Assembly: GCA_038087875.1 (NCBI GenBank) | Contig: CM075988.1 | Span: forward strand, 16,122,001-16,186,000 | From: Malacoraja senta | Taxonomy: Eukaryota | Direction: 5' to 3' | DNA: 64,000 nt | Part shown: positions 11,001-23,000 of the stretch, in pieces | How the letters are laid out: each line of letters begins with the position of its first letter | How positions within the stretch are numbered: the stretch's first letter is position 1 | Translations under genes and position numbers: made by a program | The notes under the pieces: model-generated | The model's input: only the letters and a program-made list of their open reading frames with translations | What the model was told of the DNA's origin: nothing | The model's database searches: none

Positions 11001-14000
11001 AAGTTTTATGCAAGAGGCAAAGGAGTGTGCTTCTTGAGATAGACATTTGTCGCAGATAGGAGATACATTTGGAAACATTTTGTTCAGTTTAGTATTTGAG
11101 TAATATAGTCTGTGTAGTATTTTAAATTGGATTAGAATATGTCTTACATTAATCGAACAATTATGTATATATAGGAGATATTTTTCCCATCTGTCTTTGG
11201 GGATTTTTAGACTTAATTCCTGTTCCCACTCTCTTCTAATTACATCTGACGATGGAATTTCTATATTTAGAAGGATATTGTACAAGTATGATATTAAATT
11301 ATTTGACTGCGTTTCTATTCATACCTTCATCTAATATATCTGGCAATATATCCGTGGGTATATGTTTTCAAATAGTCTCGAATTTGAAGATATCTAAAAT
11401 ATTGATTACCTTTCAGACTGTATTTCGACTGTAATTTCTGGAATGATAAGAGGTTTCCCATTTCGTACAAATCTCCAACCTTTTTAATTCCTAGTCTTTC
11501 CCAATGAATAAACGTTTTATCTATAATAGATGGTTTGAACGACGGGTTATTAGCTATTGGAGAAAGAAGAGATAGATTTTTTTTTTTAAAATTATAATAA
11601 AGAAGAAAAAGAAAAAGAAATTAGATAATAAAGTATAGAAATATGTGAGATATAGTGTGTGGAAAAGAAAAATAGAAAGTGAAAGAAGAAAGTTAAAGAA
11701 TAGAAAATAGGAAAAAGAGAATAAAAAAAGAAAAAAAAGGAAGAAAAAGAAAAAAGAACTAATGAGATCTTATTTATAATCTTGACCATCCCTCGCCCAG
11801 TCACGAGTTAGCTTTTACAATTGTGTTGCACCATATGATTACAAAAAGACGACAAATGGGGACCAATTCGTTATGAATTGGTCAAATTTATCTATTAGGA
11901 GGAATCGCATTTCCTCAAGATGTGCGGTGTCCAACATACTTGCAATCCACATTTTGAGCGTTGGTATTGGTGTATTTTTCCAAAATTTAAGTATTAATTT
12001 TTTTGCTATTATTAAACCATAATTAAAAAATAATTTTTGAGATGGATTCAATTTATTCCCATCTTCCATTACCCCAAATATAATCAATTCATTATTAGGT
12101 TCCATTTTTATCTTAAATAATTTTGTGAATATTTTGAAAATATCACTCCAAAATCTATAAAGTTTTATACAGGAAACAAAAGAGTGTGTTATAGTTGCAT
12201 CTTGGGTTAAACATTTATCGCAAGTGGGGGATATATTTGGGTAGAATTTATTTAATCTTGTTTTTGAGTAATATAATCTATGTAAAATTTTAAATTGAAT
12301 TAGATTATGTCTTGCATTAATCGAACATTTGAGAATGTATGTCAAATACTTTTCCCATGTAACCTTCGTAATTTTTATCATTAATTCCCATTCCCACTCT
12401 TCTCTAAGTACCTCTGTCGCTGGTAAATCTATATTTAAAATACTATTATATAAATATGATATAAATTTTTGTGTATCAGCTTTAATATTCATTGCTTCTT
12501 CCAATAAATCAGGAGTTATTTTTTGATATCCTTGTATGTATGTCTTCAAGAAATCGCAAATCTGAAGATAATTTTAATTGTTTCCATATTCTTATTGTAT
12601 CCTGTATAATTGGGTTCTTCTTATATATTGTATTGTTCATTTTTTTCGGGGAGAAGAGGATCGTTCCTATATTACAAGGAAAACAATCCTCTTTCTCCAT
12701 TTTTATCCATTCTGTCTGTTGGGTAGAACTATCCAACCAGTACATTATATTCTTAATATGTATTGCCCAATAATAATACAGAAAATTCGGGAGTGAAAGT
12801 CCCCCGACATCTTTTGGTTTACATAAGTGTTCTTTTTTAATTCTATGTGATTTATAATCCAAAACAAAATGAGTAATATTAGAGTTTAATTTTAAAAAAA
12901 AAAATGTTGGTACATATACTGGTATAGACTGAAATAGGTATAATAACTGTGGTAGAAAGATCATTTTTATAGCGTTTATTCTACCTATTAATGATAAAGG
13001 AAGTGTTTTCCAAAATTTAATCATTATATTAAGTTTGTTTATTAAAGGTATAAAATTGGCATTGAATAAAGCTTTATGTTTTCTAGTAATCTGAATACCC
13101 AGATATTTAAATTTTTCTGTTGCTATTTTAAAGGGGAACTTCAGTAAGTGTGTAGATTCTTGAGGTTTTAACGTCATGATTTCACTTTTGTTCCAATTTA
13201 TTCTATATCCAGAAAAGGACCCAAATTCCTCTATTAAGTTTAATAAATTTGGTATGCTCGTTTGTGAGTTTGTTATATATAACAGAATATCGTCTGCATT
13301 TAATGAAATTTTATTATTTGAGTCCCTAGTATTATAATCCTGAATATTCGGATGACTTCTTATACTTTCAGCCAAAGGTTCTATCATAAGGGCGAATAGT
13401 AGGGGTGATAAAGCACATCCCTGCCTATTACCCCTTGATAATTGAAATTTTTGAGATAACATATTATTAGTTAATATTCTTGCCATCGGTTTATCATATA
13501 ATAATTTCACCCATGTAATAAAATTCTCTCCCATATTAAATTTTTGTAATACTTTGTATAAATACTGCCATTCTACCTGATCAAATGCTTTCTCTGCGTC
13601 CAAAGAAATAATTGATATATCTTCTTCCTCCACTTAATGTGAGTACATTATATTAAACAAGCGTCTCAAATTATTAAATGAATATCTTTTGGGTATAAAC
13701 CCCGTTTGATCAGGGTTTATCAATTTACTAATATATTTGCTTAGTCTTCTGGCTAAAGTCTTTGCTAAAATTTTCTGATCTGTATTTAAAAGTGATATAG
13801 CTCTATATGAGCCCGGGTCCTCTAGATCTTTATCTTTTTTTGGAATAAATGTAATAGTTGATTCTGCTAATGTTTCAGGTAGTTTATTTTCTTTAAAAGC
13901 GTGAGTATATAAATTAAATAAATAGGGAGTGGTTATCACATGAAATTTTTTATAAAATTCATTACTAAAACCGTCTGGTGTCTATAAATTTTTTATAAAA

Positions 14001-17000
14001 TTCATTACTAAAACCGTCTGGTGTCTTACCATTTTTCAACGATTTTATTGTTTCACCTATTTCTTCGATTGTAATTTGTGCTCCGAGTTCCTCTTGTTCC
14101 AAAAGGTCAAGTTTTGGAAGATTACAATTATCTAAAAAATTATTAATTTTACTATCTTCTATTTTAGTTTTTGATGTATATAAATGTTGATAAAATTGAG
14201 CAAATCTTTTATTAATATCTTTAGGTAGTATTAGTAATTCACCATTCTCCGATTTAATTTTATTTATGGTATTTTCTTTTTCTTGTTTTTTCAGTTGGCA
14301 CGCTAACAGCTTATGTGGTTTGTCACCAAACTCAAAATGTTCCTGTTTTGTAATTTGGAATAATCTTATTACTCTTGCCGAGAGAATTCGATTAAGTTTA
14401 AATTTCAGTAATATTATCTTATTATGTTTATCTATAGTGGAGTCTTTAGCATTATCTAACTCTAACTGTCTAATTTATTGTTCTAGCAACATTTGTTCTG
14501 TTTTATTCTTTTTATTTTGAAAAATTTTGTATGAAATTATAATTCCTCTAATAAATGCCTTAAAAGTTTCCCATAATAAAGAAGGCGAGGTACCTGGTGT
14601 ATCATTTATCTCAAAAAAAAATTTCATTTGTTGTTTTAAGTATTGATAACCTTGTAAGTCATTTAAAATATTTGTATTAAACCTCCAAAAAAAGTTTTTA
14701 CCCGGCATTCCCTCAAATTTTACTGAAAAAGTCAACGGAGAGTGATCAGAAATACTACTAATGTGGTATGTTGGATTAATTGTATATGGCATTAATTTCA
14801 TATCCACTAAAAAATAATCAATTCTTGAATAAGTTTTATGTACCGAAGAGTAAAACGAGTATTCCCTTCCTACTGGATTAGCAGATCTTCATACATCTGT
14901 TATATTAGTATTTTTTATATATGTATTTAGAAGTTCACTAGTCTTAGATTTTAAATTACTCCTCCTTTGTTTTACTGATTTGTCTAAGTATGGATCTAAA
15001 ACACAGTTGAAGTCCCCCCCTATTATCACATTTTGGTAATTAAACTCTAATATATCTATAATTTTATCAAAAAATTGGGGGTTATCAAAATTCGGAGCGT
15101 AAATATTTATCATAGTTAGTGGGGTTGCATAAATTTCTCCCGAAACTATGATGTACCTTCCCTCTTTATCTGATATAGTGTTCTTTAATTTGAAAGGTAT
15201 ACCTTTTCGAATAAGAATAGCCGTACCTCTAGATTTAGAAGTAAATGACGAATAATATGTTTGACCTATCCACTTCGCCTTTAATCTCATTTGTGTTTGC
15301 TGTTTCATGTGGGTTTCTTGCAAAAAGATTATGTCGCTTTTCAAAGATTTTAGGTGAGCAAAAATGTTACCCCTCTTTATTGGTTCATTGGCACCCCTTA
15401 TATTCCACTACAGAATGTGATTCCTCCATTCTTTATTTGTCTATCGTCTTGCATTATATATCAAAATAGTATTCCTGAATCATATGGTGCAAGCAAATAC
15501 CTCAGAGTTCTGGGTGTTGGGTGGTCATCCCAAGTTTTTAAGTTTATATTACATCTCCTTCTCCAAAAGTACCGTAGATAAAGAAAGAAAAAATGTGATT
15601 TAAAGTTGATTACAAAAAAACTAAGCAAATACAAATTTTTATAGTGATTTTTAAAAAAAAGTGAAGTTAAGGTATCTAAGAAAAGATACCTTAAAGACAA
15701 GTAGCCACCTAAGGTGGCGAAAAATTTATGGACTTCCGTTGGTGTTGTTTTACATTGAACTCCAATCCCTTATTAACACCTCATAAAAAGCTACAGACCG
15801 TCTCATATCTTGTTTATTCTTACTTAAATTTATCAAACTAGCACTAGTAAAAACCAAAAAGACTCAGAGAAAAAATGTTTAAAAAATAAAAAACCAAATA
15901 TAAGACACAACATATTCTCAGTTCTATAAGTATTTATGCCTTTCCAATTTATCTAACCAACTACCATACAAGCAGGTACCGAGGGGTTAAACAAAACCTC
16001 ATTCCTGGATCTTTTCCAAGTTTATGCTGCGCCTAACTCCTTCCCACACAAGAAAAATACGTTAGTAATGTTATAGACATTTTGGTTAATTACTATTTAT
16101 AAGCATATATCATTTATAAGTATATATCAGTAATATTAGTTCATTTCCCTTTTTAAATATATAAAATCATAACTTATACAATCCCATTATTTCTTTCCCC
16201 ACCTCATGGTTTATTCATGATTTATTCATATTTACTACATACACTCACAAATAATTAGTATTATTAAATTTGTTAAATTAGTTGGTTAATTATAATTAGA
16301 ATATAATGGTTAGATATTTTCTTAAATCAACAGTTAGTATTAATATTATCTCGTCCATGTCCCTTATACATTCCTTCATTACTTCTGTATCTTCAACGTC
16401 CTTTTGTTTATCTTTGAGCTTTTCATTCAAGGTGAAACATGGACAATGTTCTCAAATACACATTCCAGACAGATAAGCTCGGTAACTGTCTGGAAAAATC
16501 CACCATCTTAGCCAGTTCAAAACTCTATCTTAAAAGTTAAGAAATGCAATCTTCCTCCTCCTCGACATCTTCTTCCGATGTTTTCGATGCTTTTCTTACG
16601 ATATCTTCTGCATACTTAAAAGCTTTTTCGGGATCCATAAATGAGCGCTCAGTTCCGTTGTAAGTAATTTTCATTTTTGCTGGATAGACCACCCCATATC
16701 TGACATGAGGTATTCCTCTCAGTATGTTTCTTGTCTGTGTAAACAAGTTCCTTCTCTGGACGACCTCCGGAGGATAATTACGGAAAAATCGAATATTATC
16801 CCCACCATATATCAAATTCTCCCCATGGACAATCTTATTCAGTATAAATTCCACTGAAGAGATGTCGAGAAATTTCACAATTATCTGTCTTGGAGCAGCA
16901 TTTATGTCTCTTGAGACACGTCCAACTCGGTGAACGATATCTATTCTTGATTCTTCCGGCAGTTTAAAAACATCTTTGAGTAAGTCAGCAACGAAAGTAC

Positions 17001-20000
17001 GTGTTTGAGATCCATATCCTTCTCGCCCTTCTCTTACTCCAACAATTCTCAAATTCTGCCTTTCCGATCTCGCATCCAAGTCCAAACATTTGTCCGTCAT
17101 TCTTGCAAGTTTTTCTTCTTCAGCTTTCTTTGATTTTTTCAAACTCTTTATTTCCGTAATCATCTCTTTCATGTCATTTTCCATCTCTTCCATTCTCTCA
17201 TCAAGGTCGCCCATCTTATCATTTACACCAGTAAATTTCTTATTATAATCATTTTCGATTCTAACAAATTCTGATTTAAGTTTTTTATCACTCATTATGT
17301 TGCTTCTTCAGCTCCTTTAACTCACCACAAGCACCATCAATTTTTTGAGAGAATATCTCCATATTAGTCTCCATACTCTGCATCTTTTCCAGTGTCGTAT
17401 TAATTGTAGCAGTTATATCTAAAAGCATTTGCTTTACCTCCTTCTCCTTCTTTTCTCCTTTTGCAGCCATTTCCAGCACAGATCCTTGGCTGTAAAAGGC
17501 CTGTCTCACGAGTCTGCGGTCATTGGCGGCGAAACGGGAAGAATCTGCCGCCATAGACCGCGCACTCGTGAGAACGTACAATTCCCGGGCCGTGCGGCGG
17601 TGTTCCCAACACCGCGCGGTGCTAAAATAAAATCGACAATGTCGAAAACCATATACTCACCGCACAACCTCCACCAGTGATGCACAAGTGCGGCACGGCC
17701 GCCCGCATGGGCCGCCGCCAGTGTGGCTCGAGCGCCGTGCGTCAAACCTCCACTGCCACAGCCTCCACCAGTGAGGCACGTGCCGCCGCCAGTGAGGCAC
17801 GTGTGCTGCACGGCCGCAGGCACAGCCACCGCTACAGCTCCACGATCAGGATGGCCGCCGCCACAGCCGCCGCTGGTGAGTCACGTGCGGTGGGCCGACG
17901 TCATCGCAGTCGGCCCGCCCTTTTTTTTACTTACCGCAAGCACGTGAGACCCGCCGTGTTTGAATTAACTCGGCCCCCGCACAGCATCCGTGCGGCGCTC
18001 CGGTGGATAGGCTCGACGCTCTCGCCGTTGCCGCGCGGTCCTCGCTACCGGCGACGCCGCGCTTCACCGCCGATGACCGCAAACAGGTAAGACAGAGCCT
18101 TAAGACTCTTCTTCTGAGCCTTCTTCTGTTGTTTGCAGTATCCAAAACTTTTTCAAGCTGGAGACTTATAGTAGTTTTCTTAGGTGCTCGTGAGCTTTTC
18201 TCTCTTCTCATTTAAAAGTCCCGATTTTTACCGTTAAACTCCCGATTTTAGCGTCGTTTTCTGATGATGTCATGCAACGCCAAGCATATTTTTAGAATCG
18301 GTCCCGACTTTAAAACGGTTTTTTAGCGATTTTACGGGAGAGGAGCTCAATGCAGCGCCCTTAGTGTTCCATGGCGCTACCGGAAATCCTAGATTTCTTA
18401 GTTTAAGAGTAAATTTAAGTGCTATGAATAATCAGGTTTTTCTTGTATATTGTGTTCTTCAACTTTATTGGGGAGAGAAGGATCGTACCAATATTAAAAG
18501 GCAAGCAATCCTCTCTCTCCATTACTAACTAATCTACCTGTTGACATGAATTATCCAGCCAGTGAATTACTTTTTTAATATTCGCTGCCCAATAATAGTA
18601 CAAGAAATTGGGGAGCGCCAATCCACCGATTTCTTTGGGTTTACATAGATGTCGTCTATGAATTCTATGTGATTTATAATCCCAAGCTACTTCCTCTGGC
18701 AGCTTGTTCCATACACCCACCACCACCCATAGTTCAGCCTGATGATTATTCAGCACAGTTGGAACTGCTGAGGGTTTATGCAGGTGTGTCGTACGTTGCA
18801 AGGTGGGAGGGAGCAAAGTCAGCAGAGGCACACAGCCAACGTGTGGGAGGCAGTGGTGGGAACTAGAAAAATGAAAGGTGGGTGGAGAGGAGCCATTGGT
18901 TTGTCAGGTGGCTGAAGAATGTGCAATGAGTCGATGAGAAAATGGGATAATACTCATGGTATTTTATCCCACTTGTACATGGAATATAACTTATCCAAGC
19001 CTGAAAATACAAGTTTATATAATTCAGGCCTATAAAAATAATAATATACCTCATTATTATTGAAGTTTCTAATAATGTAAGCGTATTATTTTATATCTTG
19101 AATATAATACACTTATATTATAATATAATATTATAATATAATATTATAATATAATATAACAGTGTATATTAACATACTATATTAATATATATAATATGAT
19201 ATATAATAATATTATTTTCCATCCTAATATATTGAAGTCGCTGATGAGTCATGTAATGTGCCTGTTGAGAGATGAGGCATTGTTTTCCATTTGAGATTTC
19301 TTGGAACAGTTTGCGAAACTAAACATAGATCATTGATAGTTGGAATGGATGGGAGAATTGCTTGACTCGTGACCGGATACGCAGATTTCCTTTGCAGACA
19401 AAACAAGGATGTTCCACAAAGTGATTACTCTATCTTCATTCAGTAAAGGTAGCCTGAGCAGACATAATGCCAAACATGCAAGTAAAACACAGTGATGCAT
19501 GGAATAGGTTCCAAGTGCAGGGAAGGGAATGGAGACATTTGCAAGATCTTGCCAGTATTTTCATATTGCCAGCCTCTAATTCTGCATAGGTTATTAAGCA
19601 TTGGCTCCTACATAATATGCATCAGTTTATAATATGCCCCATTTAGTTTAGAGATACAGCATAGAAATGTGCCCTTCGGCCCACCGAATCCATGCTGACC
19701 ATTGGTCATCCATTCTCACTAGTTCTAGGTTATTCCGCTTTATCATTAGAGGCAATTTTACAAAGGCCAATTAACCTACAAACTTGTACTTTGGAATGTG
19801 GGAGGAAACCGGAGCACCTGTAGGAAAGCCACATGGTCACGGGCAGAACGTGTAAACTCTACACAGACAGCACTCGAGGTCAGGATCGAACCCGGGTCCC
19901 TGGCGCTGTATGGCAGCAGTTCTACTTGCCCGCTGTTAAAAGTGTATTCTCACATACGTCCTTGGATGGAATCAAATGAAAGGCAAGAGGAAGGGATGCC

Positions 20001-23000
20001 TGGGGCAAGTGGTATAGATTAAGATGCGGCAGTGAGAGTTGTCTGCTTGGAAGACAAGAGAGGTGGATAAGAAGGAGATGATGAGGATGGCAGGGGAAGA
20101 CCTGTGGAGTGTGGAGGCCAGAAGATGAAAGACTAGAGGCCAAGTCGCCGAATGTTTTTAAGAATGAGATAGTGAGACATATTCTGGGACACGAAAAACT
20201 TTGTTAAGATATGGGGAGAAAGTTGGATTGTGGTACTAAACTGGAGGATCAACTATGAACGGCAGAACAGGCCTGAAGGGCCGAGTGGCCTGCTCCAGCT
20301 CCTGTCTGCCTATGTTTCTATGAACGACTGGACATAATAGTTTGATGAGCTGGTTTCAAAAAGAGAAGGGAGCAGTGGTATAGTGGTTAAAAGGAGGTTA
20401 TCATAAAAATGCCTGAACTAATTATCCAAAGACATGAGTTTAATGCTCACCGGAGCAGCTGTGCAATTAATTAAGCAAATCTTTGGAATTAAAAATCCAT
20501 GGGCCAGCATTCAATTCTTTGAAGTCAGTGCTCAGTTGGATTAAATACGTGACAAAAATATGAATTTCCAGAGTCCACATTTTCAGTTCATTATCAACCC
20601 CTTGGATACCTCTAATGCATTTCATAATTAATGTTAATTCCTAACTGGATTTTATTTCATAACCAGATGAGTCTGAAACTATTCAGATGCTCACTTCTGC
20701 TATACATCACGAGAGAAGATTCTTAATATTACCACTGTGCAGGAGGTAATTTTATTTCAACATTCAAAGGTTTTTTAATGAGGTGCAAATAATAAGCAGG
20801 CAAATAACTTTTCTGCACGAATATATATTAACTTTGATGCTAACATAAATTATTGTTAGCTAGTATAATTCGATTAATATTGGCAACACGGACATTTTAG
20901 GTTATTAGAACTGCACCAAAATTCGCGGCTTTTTTGTAAAATTAAACGTTCTTTTTTCCTTAGGCACAAATAATCAAAGTAATTTAGAATCCCAAAAGAT
21001 GTACCTTGGAGTCAGAGTTCGTCTGCCAGTCCGAGATCTTCTCCACAATTATCGCAAAGCCAGAGGAGAAGACCCCAAATCCAACCAGGTACAACATAGG
21101 CACCATTCCAGCTGCACTTCAAGTCCATGTTTGAGGGATGTATTCATCAGACATGGGAGCAGAAGTGGGCCATTTGGCCCATCGATTCTACTCCGCCATT
21201 CAATCATGGCTGATCTGTGTTTCCCTGTCATCCCATTCTCCTGCCTTCTCCCCATAACCCTTGACACCCTTACTAATCAAGTGTCTGTCAATCCCTGCTT
21301 TAAAAATACCCAAGGAAGTGCATAAACTTGAGCTTTTAAATTACCACTTTGAAACAGTGAATGTTGGTGTGAAATGTAACATAGACAGGAAAAAGTGTTT
21401 AGAGATACAGCATGGAAACAGGCACTTTGGCCCCGCCGACCATCAATCACTTCCACCATTTCCATGTTATTCCACTTTAGCACCCACTCTCTATGTATTC
21501 GGGGCATTTTACAGAGGCTAATTAACCTACAAACCTGCATGTCGTTGGGATGTGGGAGGAAACTGGTGTGCTAGGACGAAACCCATGCGGTCACAGGGAG
21601 AGCGTGCATACTCTGCACAGACAGCACCCGAGGTCAGGATCGAACCTGTGATGCTGGCATTGTGAGGCAGCTGCTCTACCTCTTACCAATTATGTTATCA
21701 GATTGTCTTGACAATATTTTCCTGATAGTGATAAGGAATTTCAAATACTTAAAGTTTAGTCATTCAGAGTTTAACTTTTGTTTGAAGTGGGGATGATTAA
21801 AGGTATTGTGTTTCTTTCCCTACAGGCAGATGTGGCCTGCAAATTGAATAATGGTAAGCGATTCCGTTTATTACTGGAATCTACCTAGTTTTGTTTTATA
21901 GTATTTATGAGTGTGTCTATTGTATTTTTTGCTGGCTTTATTTCAGAAAGAAGACGTGTTGTCAAGGATTTGATGCATAGTCGTCCATGTTCTGCTAAAG
22001 GGAGCAAACAGGTAAGGACTCTGTAGCTCCTAGAATATGCAGCCTCGACACGTCTAGATGGGGCTGAGGCCCCATCTCATCCTTTGTTAGCGCCCCAGCC
22101 AGATCCCTTCCACCAATGTATTCATTCACCTGGCTGAACTTATTCACACTTTAAAAATGCTCTCTTTCAGCTCCACTCGCTTTCACCAGATCCACATTCA
22201 CGCTCACATGCACCCACGCTATTTCCTGATTTTATACGGGGTACCTGGAACAATCCTTGTTTCAGTCCCTCTTGGGCCTCTTCCCCCAACTATTTTTCCG
22301 GTACATTGATCACTATGTTGACACTTCTTCCTGTGGACATACAGAACTCAAAAATGTCATCAGTTTGATGCCACTTTCCACCCTACTTCCACCTCTGACT
22401 CTTCCCATCTCTTTCTGCATCTTTTCATCACCTTCTCAGGGGATAGATGAGCAGCATACATCCATTACAAGGTCACTGACTACAGCCCACAGTGTCTACA
22501 GCCATACTTCCCTGCACCCTTCCTCTTGTAAAGGCTCCCTTCCATCTCCCAGTTCCCAAGTCACAGTCCAATCTGGTCTGGTGATGAGATTTTCCTCATT
22601 GATGCCTCTGAGTTAACTTAGTTCTTCCTGAACCAGGACGACCCACCTACCATAATTGACAAAGCCTTTGACTGCCTCTCGCCCCTCTCCATTTGGGAAG
22701 AAGAGATGGAGAGTTTACTTTGCACCAATCTTTTCATTCAATGGATCACTTCCCACGACTTCCATCTCCTTCGATGAGATTCCAGAACCAGACACATCGT
22801 CCTCTTCATCATTCTGAAGACTGTTCCCTTTGCAATCCTCAAGTTCATTCTTTCATCTCCCATGCAATCACAGGAAACGCAACACCTGTCCTTGTACCCG
22901 TTCCCTTCCCACCACTCAGGGACCCAAACAGTCCTTGCAAGTGAAACAGTAAACCGCTTTCATTTCTTCCAAACCAGTTGGTTTGTATTCAGTGCTCACA

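Larger units (their letters stand above)
11580..18389 (-). mobile_element. Near-full-length dead L1-clade LINE (element A)
   Basis: ORF1 pieces at 16537-17295 and 17288-17581 (L1 ORF1 RRM/CTD). ORF2 pieces: APE endonuclease (FLQETH, GGDFN, SDH), RT (LSPLLF, LNADD), zinc finger. ORF2 ATG at 15454. 7-bp TSD TAGATTT at 11573-11579 and 18390-18396. Multiple stops and frameshifts. Confidence 0.95.

Noticed and set aside
17429..18215. Cluster of GC-rich ORFs resembling a CpG-island gene start
   Set aside because: Bounded by TIRs and a TAA TSD, so it is a MITE inside L1 ORF1; stops are simply rare in GC-rich DNA.
11580..18389. Active autonomous L1
   Set aside because: Multiple frameshifts, NADD in place of YADD, an internal deletion near 12545 and a MITE insertion.
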